A stretch of 64,000 bases of DNA from Trichoplax sp. H2. Taxonomy: Eukaryota. Below, one piece after another: positions 13,513-27,620 of the stretch. The notes under the pieces are model-generated. The model had not been told where the DNA came from. It searched no databases and worked only from the letters and a program-made list of their open reading frames with translations. Made by a program: the position numbers and the translations under genes. How positions within the stretch are numbered: the stretch's first letter is position 1; every line of letters begins with the position of its first letter. The stretch spans positions 1-64,000 of the forward strand of contig NOWV01000172.1 in assembly GCA_003344405.1 (NCBI GenBank), in the 5' to 3' direction.

Positions 13513-16500
13513 AATAAGGCAATATCATACCTTATATGCTTTAAAATTATCAAGTATTAGGTCTTATAGAATTTATCTCAAGTAGTTGCACGAAAATAGA
13601 GTTGCAGTGAATTTATTAATGGTTTAAATTCTCGGGAATGTTGATACACTAAACAGTCCAGGATTGCAAGCGACTAAGGCGCACATGTAGTACATGCACT
13701 AATGGGAAAACTATTGACTGTAGGATAAATTTGGATGAGGTAATGAATGAATACTGTGGCATTTATATAGCATCCCCTAGCGCGCAATTTGATAATTCTA
13801 TTCACGACGAAGACATACAAGTATTGCTACGTTTAGTCTAAAAGTCAAGATTTTAATGCTATCAAAAATTACAAAATGCCAACACACGGATATGTTTAGT
13901 ACATATTCTTGATAAATTTTCTAATTAACTTTTACTTGACTTCATTATCCCATTTTTCTATTAATATAATGACTATTAAAATCAACTACTAAAATTGATA
14001 ACATCCTAAACGATTGTTTTCTACAATTTTATATCTTTGCATAGATATTATTTTTCATAATAATATAATTCACTTCCAAATATTTATTAGTAAATTGAAG
14101 CACTTAATAGTAAGGAAATTGTCACACTGATGAAAGTAAAATAAAAGTCAAAACTGTCTAAGTTTATCCTCGATATCAATATAACCATAGTTCTTTCTGT
14201 TATCTTTTTGAATTAATACTTCAGTTACAGTAATACTACTTCAATAATGAAAATTTAATTTATAGCGTTGATAGAAATGTCGAAACAAAAATAGCCATAA
14301 TAGAAATGACGTCCTAAAGCTTGGATACCGCAATATTGGTGATTTATAATGCTAAATAGTTAAATGTAAGCTGCTTTCACGGTACTGTATATCCCATCCC
14401 ACATTCGGTATTTTAACGATCACTATTACAATATCATCTAGACAGGCTTATACCCATCAATCCGGTCACTATTGATATAGCTGTTCTTCATTCTTTTCAA
14501 TAATAATTGATTTATAATCTGCTTTCTGTTTAAGTTCCATCTAAAGAGTTCTGTTACGTCATTGATGTCGAGAATAGATTACAGAAATTGCTAACAATAC
14601 AAGGAAATATCAATATTAGTTTAATTATGATGATAAAAGTTGCATCAAAAGAATAAGTTCTCAAGCTATTAAGCTAATATGTAAATTGGTATTAATTCTC
14701 TCGATCCTGCACGTTGAATTAAATACGCTATCTACGTCTTCTTTAGATCATCTCTCAGTTAAAGAAATAAAATTTGATGTCTTTTACACTCTCAATTACC
14801 ATCGGCCATATAAAAGTATTAAGGTAAGATAATATTAACTAGTACTGATTTAAACGAGAAGTTAAATCATGCCTTATTTCAATTAGCCAAGAATCATTAT
14901 CAGCGCGGTATGCGGTTATAAGTTTTTTCGTTTTAATTTTCATCAATCCTATATTAGCTTACGAAATTAGGTTATTTAAGAATCTTTAAAGCAGCTTCAA
15001 TCTCGTACATAGAAAATCCTCCAGTACTCATAAAATTAACGTAATTTAATCAATATCTGTGCCATTATATGTATAGAGGAGAAATTTGAAGCTTATCAAA
15101 GCCATCTTCATGCACTTTTAATGTACTCAAATGGGATAATCTAATTACATTCGCAATAAAAATATAATTTAAATTTAGGTATCAGTAGATAAAAAATCAC
15201 GTCAATTAGCTAACAATGTTTGACGTAAAAAAATTAATATTTGTGAGCGTTTTTCTCATCAATAACTGGAGCGGTACTAATGTAGCTTTAACGCCTACGG
15301 CACTATGTAGTGCTCTGTGACAGTGCCAGAAGTAATCATTATCTAGCACTGAAGATTATGATAATATTTACAACATTTCTTAGATATAATTTCAAGATAA
15401 ACCCATGAGTTTACGGTAGAAATTTTGATTACCCTTTAAATATCCTGATTATCTACCTTGCTCTCGTACGTATCAGATTAAGAGGTTCTTATAAATTTTA
15501 TTCATTAACACAGATAATAGTATAATAGCTACAGTACTCGATATCTATCTTCTGATTTTTAAAAGTTTCAGTGTCAACATCAAATATTTAAGATTCACAA
15601 AATTATCGGCGGTAATTAAAGCTAATATGGCACACTGTTGGGTAAAAATTGATGACATCAAGAAAGAGCACTTATGATCTACGTACGTTTATAATCAAAG
15701 TATCCAAGCACCTGCAATATTTGTAAAGTAGAAATTATTAAGTTCTGAATTCGAGACACTTAGACTAACACAGCAGTAATTATTAATAATTAGGGAGTAC
15801 CACTTAAGACGTGAAAGTACATTAAGGTTGCTTCTACTGGATACCGTTAACTGTGTAAATATCTTATTCTATAGATTTCGATGGTACATTAAAACGGTAT
15901 TATCAGTAAACAAAGTCGCTGTATACTGGTACTAGGTAGTCAGTTAGAACGAACACTAATCTAGTAGAAAGGGGTTTGACGTTTTTAAACCGCACCTGTC
16001 GAATATTCTACCTTCGATAATATTACTTTATTTCCGAAGTATTATCTTGCAAGGTAAAATTAAAAGTTCATTTCTAGATTTTAACCACACCTTCTTTCTG
16101 TAGTGTTATTTTAAATTGAAAAATACAGTCCTCTAATATCATTTTTATTGAAATTGTACATATCTTCAGAAAAATGATTCAATTTATTTTCTGATTAATA
16201 TTCAAAATTTAATGGGGTCGAATATGAAAGATTAGCTATCAAATACTAGTTACTGGTGAAAGTTATTACGAAATAACAATCGCGCATTTCATCTAGAATT
16301 AAATAAATTATTCCTTCAGGCTCGTATTCTCAGAATAACAAAATTTTCGGATATCTTGTATAAATCTATTTACACCTATAGCGCCATTACGCAAAGTTAA
16401 TATAGAAACTATTCACATCCGGTAGAAATTGAAAAGTAGTTCCCTTGAATTTATTATGATCGTTCTACACCCAATTCTTTTTTATGTATTAGAATACAAT

Positions 16501-19500
16501 ATAGCTCTATCAAGCAAAAACAATATTTTGAATACGCTTATTTATAGATTGTAGGCTAACTAGAGAGTAGACTCATTTATGAACAATTTATTTCTATACT
16601 AATAGATTAAAAACATATAAAAGCATATATCAGTCAAATTTTTGTAATGTTAACAATTTTACGAATATAATGTCACTATATATCTTGCAGTACAATTAGT
16701 TACCGGTAGGACAAAAGAAGATAAATGACCAAAAAAATTTGTTCATACAGGAAAACTAATATTACTAATGAATTTTATCTCTACATAATGACCATATTTA
16801 GACTAACATTAAGATTTTGCTCATTATGCAATGCATAAGTGTGTCACTTATCTATCAACGCTGCATCTAATATTATAGCATGCGCCGTACAATACAAAGT
16901 TATTGTGGCTCTTAACCCTAAATCGCTCTATCTTTTGAGTCCTGTATCAAATATTATGTCTTCTAAGAACATATTGACAGCATTATCCAACATTATATAT
17001 CTTCTCTTTGCTGAATAATAACACTATAAATAAATAGTTCGTTATTTGAAACTGAAAGGAAAATTTCTGAAAAATATTACAAATTATATTGATAGAGTTA
17101 TAAAAGACAAAAATAAGTATCTACGTTGAAAAAGTGAATTATTAATGACTATAATGAGTTTGAAGAATAACCTAATATCGGCTAAAATTTTATGATGTAT
17201 TGTAGACAAACAGAAAATTCTAAAACGATATACTAGTGAGTGTTACAGGAAAAATTTATACAAATTATCAGTCTTAAATATTTAATCCCTTATTGTCCTA
17301 TATTTACGTCGTCTAATTTAGGGATAAAGTGGTTAGTCATTTCAGTATTAAAAATTTGACTATTACTATAACACGCTGATATTTGAAAATTAAAAACTAT
17401 ATAATTTATTCTTGTAATAGCAAAATCTTTTTTCATTGTTATACTTGAAGCTTAAACCGTTATATTGTAGCTTGATCAGAGTGTTTTACTTTCGTTACTA
17501 TATATGCATATATTACCCATATCTTGATTAAATCATCGAGTATCTTAAAGTTTGTGTAATACACTGGAATTTAAAGTATTTTAAATTGACTGGAATCGAA
17601 AATTTAATTGCAGCAAATTGAATTAAAACATTTGTTAGAAAATATTTTTTTCATCCCGAAATAAACTATATTACTTTCATCATTATTACTCACTATTTCC
17701 TTATAAATCTGGAATGTACTATTGTTACAAGCACAATAGGCATTATATTTAATAGAGCATATCTAATAGAATATCGATTCATATTGTTCCAGCACAGTGT
17801 ACAGTTCCTATTTGGTATATCAGCTGGCACATTCAATAAGTCTAAATTAATTAAAATTTTTAATCCGTCAATTTTTCTATAGATTAAACTGTATCATACC
17901 AGGTGCTTAAGAATTAAAGATAAGATAACAGATCAATTACTATCGAATGTTGATATTGTTTATATTCGATTACTTTTAAGTTTATTAAATGGGCCTAATA
18001 TAGCACCACTTTTAAATAATTTCAGATCAATACATCTAAGTATCATATTCGTTTTACATAAATACAACGAAATAATTTTTTACTACAGCTTGAGTAATCG
18101 TATCATTTGCGACATTTTTAATTCAAGAATTGTAGTATGTCTAATACAGGTTTCAAAGATAAAGTCATTTCAATGATTAATAGATTAATCAAAGGCGATT
18201 TGTTTGAACCTATTACTGTCACTCTCAGAGCTTACTTGTTTGATATACACACTTAGGTGGCATGATCGAGAAATTGAGTTTACGGCAGTATTCTACTTTA
18301 CCACTCAACTTCGATTTGTAACCTTTTAATTATTCTATAAAGCTATTATGTTCGTAATAAATTTACTTTTATACTTCATTTTTACCATGAACTATGACAT
18401 AATACAGTAACTCTTCTTTCAAATTTGTCTTTAGCCTTTATTGTCACAATACTGGCTAGGTAGTAAGCGTCACAAATAAAGTAAACTCATCTACAACAGG
18501 ATCATGTTTTATTAAAATTACATTTACTTACTCCATCGTCTTAATAAAGGTTCATTTAAACGCTGTAAAAAATATAACTAGTTATTGCGAAAATCTATTA
18601 TGGTAATTGGATCTAAGAGTAATAGAAAGTATTTAAATTTTAATTTCTCCTTTATTCTATTACCATGTACTATAACTATGTTTATTTTAAAATTAATATT
18701 ATGGAATACGCTAAACAATAAGTTATCAATAAGAAATGATTGCTCTCAGACATATTATCGGGTTCTGTGATGGACATTTGTAAGCCAACAGAATAAATGA
18801 TAATAGTGACTTATCATAAAACTCATACACACATTATCCGCTCGCTACATCTACTCAACTTAAATTAGCAGATGCACAATTTCAGTTTTAAAAGCAACAA
18901 TAGTTTATCTAAAAACTTATGAAACATATGAAAAATAATGGTAACCCTAACTTAATAACGCTAATGGGAAACGTTGTACCCAAACGAAAAGATGTATCCA
19001 ATAATTTGGATAAATTATTGAATAAGTGTTATTACGTTGTTATATTCTACTTTTCATACCTAGCTATACGCAAAAGAATTTATGGTTAAAGCCATATATA
19101 TCATAATCTAGGCTTGTCTTAATTACGTACCCTAAAATATTCAATGATTACCATAAAGATGTAAATATAACTATCAAAATAATACAAATTTTGTCATTTT
19201 AGACCTTCCAGAAATAAACTTGCGAAAACAGATAAAGAGATGCTCTTGTTATTGTCATTTACGATAGCTCTGATTAAAATTAACTTCCTCTATTGAGGTA
19301 TAAGTATACACGATATTGGTAGATCATATTAACTCCGAAATATTGATCCTGAAGATTATGTATAAAAAATTAATCAATAATCCTTCTGAAAGCATTTCCG
19401 AAGCTATAATTAAAATTTAATACCTTGCAGCTGCCGATTATAGTTGAAAACAATATTCTAAGAAGCACTTTATATTATCATTTCCATTAACTACTGAAAA

Positions 19501-20473
19501 ATTTACCTGAAATACAGAATTTAGGGGTTCCTCTATAAAGAGGATAAGATCGTAGTAATGTGCATCTATGGCATTTGATGCTGGATGTCACCCAGTGAGT
19601 AAAGGAATATTAATACGTGTTAATTCTCTTAGGCAGGGGTAGTAATTTTCCCTTCCGTATTTCCATCTGGTGGCTAAATGTTTAAAATAATTTTAATAGC
19701 CCCAAAATAATATAAATTTTATATTTATTGATTCAACCCTTAAGGCTACCTTCAATATTATTATTCGAAACATAAAGATACTTTGGCAATATGCTTAGTT
19801 TAGGTAGCACTTTTTTAGGAAAGGATATCAATAAGTGTCGTAAAATAATTTATTGACATATATTGTTACAAGAAATAAAAGAAAGAAGATTATCAAGCCA
19901 TCCAATTGATTGTATAATTGAATTTATTATCGGAATTATAAAATAATAACGAACTCCATTCTGTTATCTATTCTGGGTCAAATTGTTTAATACTACTGAA
20001 TATGACATTTTTTCTATTTAATAGATGAAACTGTCAGCTTCCTTGAAAAATTGATAACTGATATTTTATATTTTTATTACTTCTCTTCCTACTATCAATT
20101 TAGAATTACGAAATAGAATAATTTGATCGAGCAACAGCTTTCTATCTTGTGAGTGACTCGAAGAAATTACCATCACGATACTGGCCTTGAAATAAAAAGA
20201 AATATTCTCAAAGAAGTCGATATTGTCACTGCAGATACCAGAATCTGACTAAAAGATCCTTCTTTCTGCTACTATTTCAATTTTCGATTTTCTCTTAGGT
20301 TATTATTACTTCGATTATACACATAAAACAGCCTAAACTAGCGTAAATTGCTTTAGCTTATACTAAGTTTTTGATAAGCGTGCAAGAAAATCGATTATTT
20401 GATTTAAAAATTAGACTGTAACATCCAGCAATTTTCTATCAATTACTTTTTTCCCGGCTAGTGGATTAAAGTC

Positions 20474-21952
20474 ATGGCAGCATCAGCTTTAATTAGCGAT
20501 TTAGCTACTACCAGTTCAAGTTGGAAACATACCTTTCCTAGCAATTCAACGGCTACAGACACTCTTTCTAACCCTCAAGGTATTATACAGAAGCGAGCCA
20601 GTGGTATAACAACTGACCAGGAGTTAATTAATAAGACACTACCAATCTTAATTGTTAGCTCGATATTAGCTCTAATAAATATTATCGTTAATACTTCAGT
20701 GTTGGTCTTAATACTAACCCGAAGAAAGCTGCGTGTTGTAGCCAATGTTATTATGGCCAGCATGTTTCTGAGCCATTTATGTTATTCATACTTTTACACG
20801 ATACCTTATGTTACTTATAAAGCTATCGATATTTCAAGTCGTATCCAACTAAGTCCTTCAAGTAACATTTATTGTATCATTATGCTATTTGTCCTTCCTA
20901 ATGTTATGCCTCTCAATATGAACTTACACATTTGTGCTATTGCAGCAACACAATTTATCAGTATTTCAGCTCCTTTTTTCTATCAAAATGTGCTCATAAA
21001 TGGTAAACCAACTATTTTTATTATCGTTGGCTTGATATGGTTTTTATCGTTTTTCATCGGTTTTATGCCATTTATTGTTGGATTATACCACTGGGAGTAT
21101 AAATATTGTGTGCCCAAAGTCAAAGAGGAAAAGGCGGCACTTTTAATTCCTTGGAATTATTTTATAACCATCTTTCGTTTCGCCTTGCCGTTTCTGTTTA
21201 TTTGCTTATTTTATTTCAGAATTTATTGCATCGCAAGGCAAAAATCAAATAATCAACTAAATCATGCATCCGATAATGTTACCCAACGAGTGAATGCTTG
21301 CAAAGCTGCTAAGGTCATTGGTGTAATTATTGGTGTTTTTATAGTTTGTAAACTACCGCGAGATGCTACCAATATCATCCGCATTGCCGCTCATAATTAT
21401 ACTGATCCAGATCTATTCCTGCAGGTACATTATTGGTGTGAATTTGTTGGAATTTATGCAAGTTCTATTATCAATCCAATTCTCTATACCTATTTAAATC
21501 GATCCTTCCGCAATGAAGTTACACTACTCATAAGACGTTATAAAATCAAACGAGATAATCGGTACCTTTGTCAAAAAGATAGATCATCTCATTTAAAAAG
21601 CAAATCACAAAATAGCAGAGATGCTTGTGTTCGTCAACTCGACAATAAGACCAGTAAAGCAGAGTTACTTTCAAATCATGGCAAAGTATCTAAAACAAAT
21701 ACATCTTTACGTCAAACATTAAATGAAAGTAGTAGCGGTTCTAATATTCCAGGCAATCCTGCTATAGATATTTCAGTATCCAATCATCAGTTCACTAAGT
21801 TATATTTTGATTCTCCTATGGCGACAGAAAAATGCCATAATGGCATAATTGCAACCCCTCACGGAGACCATAATAATGGAAATTACTATAATGATGAAAA
21901 TGGTGATGATATCTGCAGTCTTCTCCAATCAAGTTATGAAACAGTAGTTTAA
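20474..21952 (+). CDS. Intronless class A (rhodopsin-like) orphan GPCR, 492 aa
   Basis: Seven hydrophobic segments, TM3 Cys plus ECL2 Cys, TM5 LP..IC..Y, TM6 KAAKVIGVIIGVFIVCKLP, TM7 NPILY and helix 8 NRSFR. N-terminal N-glycosylation sequons (NST, NKT). Ends YETVV. Confidence 0.95.
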   Translation: MAASALISDLATTSSSWKHTFPSNSTATDTLSNPQGIIQKRASGITTDQELINKTLPILIVSSILALINIIVNTSVLVLILTRRKLRVVANVIMASMFLSHLCYSYFYTIPYVTYKAIDISSRIQLSPSSNIYCIIMLFVLPNVMPLNMNLHICAIAATQFISISAPFFYQNVLINGKPTIFIIVGLIWFLSFFIGFMPFIVGLYHWEYKYCVPKVKEEKAALLIPWNYFITIFRFALPFLFICLFYFRIYCIARQKSNNQLNHASDNVTQRVNACKAAKVIGVIIGVFIVCKLPRDATNIIRIAAHNYTDPDLFLQVHYWCEFVGIYASSIINPILYTYLNRSFRNEVTLLIRRYKIKRDNRYLCQKDRSSHLKSKSQNSRDACVRQLDNKTSKAELLSNHGKVSKTNTSLRQTLNESSSGSNIPGNPAIDISVSNHQFTKLYFDSPMATEKCHNGIIATPHGDHNNGNYYNDENGDDICSLLQSSYETVV

Positions 21953-24900
21953 TTGCGTGATATCAGTATGATGATAACACAGCAGACAGCTTAGTCTCCT
22001 GTAAATCATTATATAGCCACTAACTACCGATATATACTGGTAAATGATCAGTAAATATAACCAATAGCTGGTGCATTAGATGATTAATAAAATAGTTTTA
22101 GCTTCCAGGTAGTCAGTTTCCGATGGATTTTACAGATATAACCCCATAATAATGATCTATACCTAGATAGCTACAATTTGGCTAATAAATGGTGTTTTGG
22201 GATTAATATCTTTTATCGATTAAAAACTGCTTAAAGTTCAAAACGACTGATTACTATCTACATAATGGTCAGTGTAAATGCTATTTTGATTTAGCAATTA
22301 GAACATCCTTCGATCAGTTTAATAGCCTGATTAAAAACGTCAGTGAATGCGGTATACTGTAATGATAATTATCATCGTTGCACCCAATGATATTTCTCAA
22401 AGAAACTTCTAAAACCAATTACTGGTATAAATTAATATTATTAATGTATTGGTTATTCGCATTAATGATAATTCTATGCAGGAATTGGATACTTTATTTA
22501 AAAATTGTAAATTTTAGATACATTTCAGCACTAGTTCGCATATCTAATTAGATAACTGAAGTTAACTTTAATAAATACATTATCTTGATCAAATGCTACC
22601 CTACAATTTTAACACCGATCTTGTCACTTTATTACAGGTGATTATTACCGAAGGTTTGTAATGCTAAAAATATCACTGCTCAGCATATCCTTTTTCTTTT
22701 TCTTCTTTAACTGTTTACAGTCAACATTTTATTATAATTGTGATGTGATACCAACATACACGAGTTTATTTAATAATTCATTAGTCATATCAATCAAGAA
22801 AATTTAATTCATATGGCAGGATTGAATCATTTCTATTCTTTACGCTACAATTACTTTGCTTCAGTATGTCATTAGGTATTTTAAACTCATGTTTGAAATC
22901 CTGAATGCTAAATTTCGCATTCTATAAGATGATAACTAGCATTTATGATCATAATTATAAAATAAATACAATTCAGAGCAGGCTTCGATTAAGCTTCGTC
23001 GAGAAAAAAATTTCTATTTCAAATGATATTCATATTATGATTTGATACTGATTGATGAACCTTGTACTATTGTTATAACTGTAAACTAGGACTGTTTAAA
23101 AGTAATAATATTTTAGGCATAACACTTATTGATTAATACTATATGCGTATGGATATTCAATCAACTTGTTTAATTTAATATAATACCGTAATTTTAATTG
23201 TGAAATCATTTTAAGGACAATTAAGCATTCTAAATTCATGCAATTGTATAAAACAGCACGTACCTTCAAGGTACCGCTCCACGTAGGATTTCCTGTTTCT
23301 TTCATGTTCCCTATTGCCATGACGTTTTATTGCATTATAAATTGATTTTAAATATTCAATCCATTTCTTCATTATACAATTTACAATAATAATAATAGAG
23401 AAATGTTTTGTCCATCTTAATATTATAATGATAGCGAGTCAGGTAATAAGTTAAAATTAGAATTTGCTACTGATTCTAACATTTTGCCTTAGAGTTAAGC
23501 GTTGCAAACAAAGCAATGATAGATAAACTCTTCATCAACGCTTATTAGTATAGGTGTCGTTCACACTGTACTATTTAAACTTTATTAAATAATCTAATAT
23601 TATCACTAAGCTCACCATATATCAGGTTTTCTGACTACGAGTATTTCCATTTATTTAATTCGAATTTAATAAAAACCTTAGCCTTTGAAATGTCGGAAAA
23701 AAATTTTATTTCATTGAAAAAACTTTTTGAAGTAAATACTGTCTTATAGATTACTCATGCTATTATTTAATATCATAGGTGCCTACCGGTAATTATCAGC
23801 AGATTCACTTTATTAGTCAACAATAGTAAAGAAAAATTTACATAATAAGGTGTTCTGAACTTTGATCAATTAATTTTATATTATCAAAGGTCAATTACTT
23901 CATCACCGATTTTTGCTGGATTCTTTATAAAGTATTCCATATCTATAGTATTTATAGAAATATACATTTGTATGATATAAATTATGATCAATGCTTGCCG
24001 ATACGTGCATATAAATATGTTCACGATATTTAATTATAAGTTCAGTACAATATTGCTTGAAATTATTCAATAATACTGTACCACTGCTGTACTATAGAAA
24101 AGCTGTTGATCCGAGTTTGTACCAAAATTTTCGAATTAGGTACTCTTTCGACGGCATGACTTAGTCACTAGATACAGATATTGAGTTCATTATATGACAA
24201 CAATAAATATCAATAATTAAGGCTAGCGATCAGTTAGGGTTTAACGGAAAATACACTCTTAAATTACGTTAATATCACGTAGTAGTATTATATAGACTTA
24301 AGGTGTAACTAGCTTTAGCGATCCTATCTAGCTCTTATTATACTTACAATAGTTAATGCCTTACGTCCTTCAAGCGATCTATTTTATTTGAATATGCCTT
24401 ATACAATTACTGAACTATAAAGCAAATAAGTAGAAGTAATTTTATCAGATTGCAACAATTTCTGAGCTCTATATTCGTTTACAATTATTTAATCAATTGA
24501 CGTCAGCTCTGAAAGAACTTTTACACTTTAATTGCATACATCCCGATTATAAAGTTCTACTGTTATGTTGATTGAATATTTTCTATTTTTATAAGATTCG
24601 TTTCATGTAGAAATATATTGAAGGAAATTGATTGGTCATTAATATTCTTAAGAGTTAATTAGTTTCATTGTGTAGTTATGGACCGAGTCAATCTCATCTG
24701 TTTAAAGCATATTCATTCTATCGGAGCTAAAATTTATTATGGTGGTCATAGTTTAACAGTGACCTTAAATGATGTCTTTGGGGATGTAGACCTTTTAATC
24801 AAGAAATTCTTACAGTGAATTGGGAAGATACAATAACCAAACGACTACAGATTTCCTATATATAAATTCATGAACTCGTAATACTAAATAATAATTTTAC

Positions 24901-26006
24901 AATTATTCGCAATTATAGTTTAATTTTTCTATCCACTACGCTGATATTAGAGACTGTAAAGTTCGTATTAACGTTCGTATAATACGTCATAAAAACTGCT
25001 TTATGGGTTTATCAGTTTCAGTATTTTCCCCTTTTTACAAAAGTACAAGTAATTTATCTGCATAACATTATTTTGAATGTAATATCTACGTGAATAGTTT
25101 AAAATTAGAGTCTAAACTTTATTCCATCTTATTTCAACTGGAATACACGGTAAAGAATCAGCTCAAAAGCTAGTCAACCATGAATTTGAATCACCAGATT
25201 TCACTGTAATAAGTGTTATAATGTACGAGAACAATCAATTTCTTTTTCATTTTATAAATCTATTAAAAATGTACCTTGTTGGATATTATTACGAATCAAG
25301 AGCGAGATATTTCGAGCTTTGTAACCCCTTAGAAATGTTTTTATGAAACATACTAATTACATACACGGATTGCTGCACGGGTAGTGCTGATTCTTACCTT
25401 TATTCTAAGCTCGAGAGTAAGTCAACCAAGCTGCATATTAAAGAATATCCTTTTGCTAGTTCACAGTATTGAGTTCCACCATCGGATCAGTAATTATAGA
25501 TTCATTCAACACTATGAATCAACTTGCTATAGCTGTTATAGAAGCTATAACACTTATAATAGTTCTTTCGACTCTATTAATCTATAGTATTTTGAAAGTT
25601 ACATTTATCATTTAACGTAAATGGAACAATTCCCCTCAATTAAGCTGAAGTGAGCTAATATTAAAAGTAAGATAATAATGCCTAGTTTGCTACTTTGCTG
25701 TTATCTAAAATTTACATAATATTGATATGTGAAAAGGCAAACCATATTCTAGCAAAATAACATACCTCTTACCTTTAAGCTGCAACATCAAATTATGCAT
25801 ATTAAAACGTTTGTTTCGGACTATACAGCTAAAAAAATTGATTTTCATTGTAAGTATTATATCCCCTCATGCGATTAAAAACTCTAAATCTTCTCAATTA
25901 TAAATGCTTCTGTCGCGGAAGGAAAAATCATTCTCTTAAATTAAGGGCGCTTTGAGGGCTTAAGTTAACAATATTAAGGACTGTCTCTTATTTAAGACAG
26001 CCTGAG

Positions 26007-26531
26007 TGTGATAGATGGACCGTAGCATAGATTTCTATATTTATCTAAAGGCAAGGTTAGTAATTCATAACCATAAACTGTAATTAAAGATTCTATGTTA
26101 GAATGTAGATGATTATATATATTATCGTTTCGAATTGCTATTGATGCTAAAGGTAAAGGTGGATACGTTACTCACATATTAAGATAGGGCTAGTTAATCA
26201 TCCTTTGACATAGTAGAAATAATATCTAAGTGAACACTGTAGCTGTTACCATATTTAATTATAGATTGTCCGCTGTAAAATGTTATTACTATTAATAATT
26301 TGAATATGAGTAAGTATAATAGATCCTATTGCTATGCTGATTGTACAGAAGTTGGAATGCTACAAAAAGTACGTAATAAGCTGGCAGCTTAAGATTATAT
26401 TAAAGGTTCTTCCTCGACTTTCCAGTAATTTTATCTGCTTAGAGTAGAGCTATGTGGATTATCTATGTGTACTGATCTAACATAGTATTAATTTCTACAA
26501 ATTTTGGAACTCTATGATCTGGTTTATCACC
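26007..26531 (+). mobile_element. Degenerate solo-LTR-like repeat, copy A
   Basis: Starts TGTGATA and ends TGATCTGGTTTATCAC. Colinear with 30792-31319 (shared blocks TTTCTATATTTATCT, TGCTATGCTGATTG, TAGAGTAGAGCTATG). No clear TSD. Confidence 0.55.
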
Positions 26532-27620
26532 AGTGCAATTAATGATGATACCTTTTAGTGTACTTTCCGACGCATGAAACTTTGGTTTTATATTAGGGAT
26601 ATGCTGATATTGAGAGAAAATTTTTGTTTTATGAAATCTTCATTAAATGTATATACATCATATAGATGTTAGGAGTAAATTTGATCAAGTATACGAGAAA
26701 GATATAGTTATTAAGCGTAGACTTTTAAGGCATAAAATCTTGGTTAAAAATTAGGTGATTATATAGATATTAAGTAAAAACTTAAGAAGTGCGCGATTTA
26801 ATTTCTTAATCGTTTCATTTTAGCTTTTAAGGTTCTTTAGTCGTGTATTTGCTTTGGCATTTAGAAACTTTCTACACTATTTTATATGAAAGCTTGTACA
26901 CCAGGAAAGAGTAAATAACTGCTATAACATTATTTACATTCTTGAACTGTTTGACAGTTCTTACAGATGCAATCTGACCAATGGACAAGTATGCTATTAT
27001 GTATTCAAGGTAATGCCTTGTTCCACCTACAGTATACAATTTCGAAAAATTTGGATTAATTAACTACAGTATGAAATTACGTTAACAGCATCAATAATAT
27101 AATTGATCATTGCAATGTTATAAAAATTACTAGATTTAGTTTTAATTATACAATAATTTTAGATTATTTAGGTTATTCACGAGGCTAATAAATCAATAAT
27201 CAGCTAGAACACGCAAGAAATTACTGATCAAAAGTGTAAGTAACTAATGCTCCCATACTGTAAACCCTGAAAGAAACTCTTTCATTACTGACATAACCTA
27301 ATTTATGCACCGGCTGCAGATTTTAATAATTAATCTATTCAATGATCTCAAGTTTTATCATTGCAATGCTAATGTTCTATAATTATAAGGAACTGCACTA
27401 TACCTTCATCGAGTCCATAGTGGGATCTCATTCAAAACCAATTTCAGATATGCAAACCTACAGCACGTATAAGGTAGCCTAAAATGACCAAAAAGAGTTA
27501 ATTTTCCTCAGTTTCCATTGTAGTCTATAGTAACTTATTACAATTATATGACTCCATACTGTGCTATGATATATTTCTGCATAATTATAAACAGTCTATA
27601 TTAGTTAGTTTCTGTTTACC

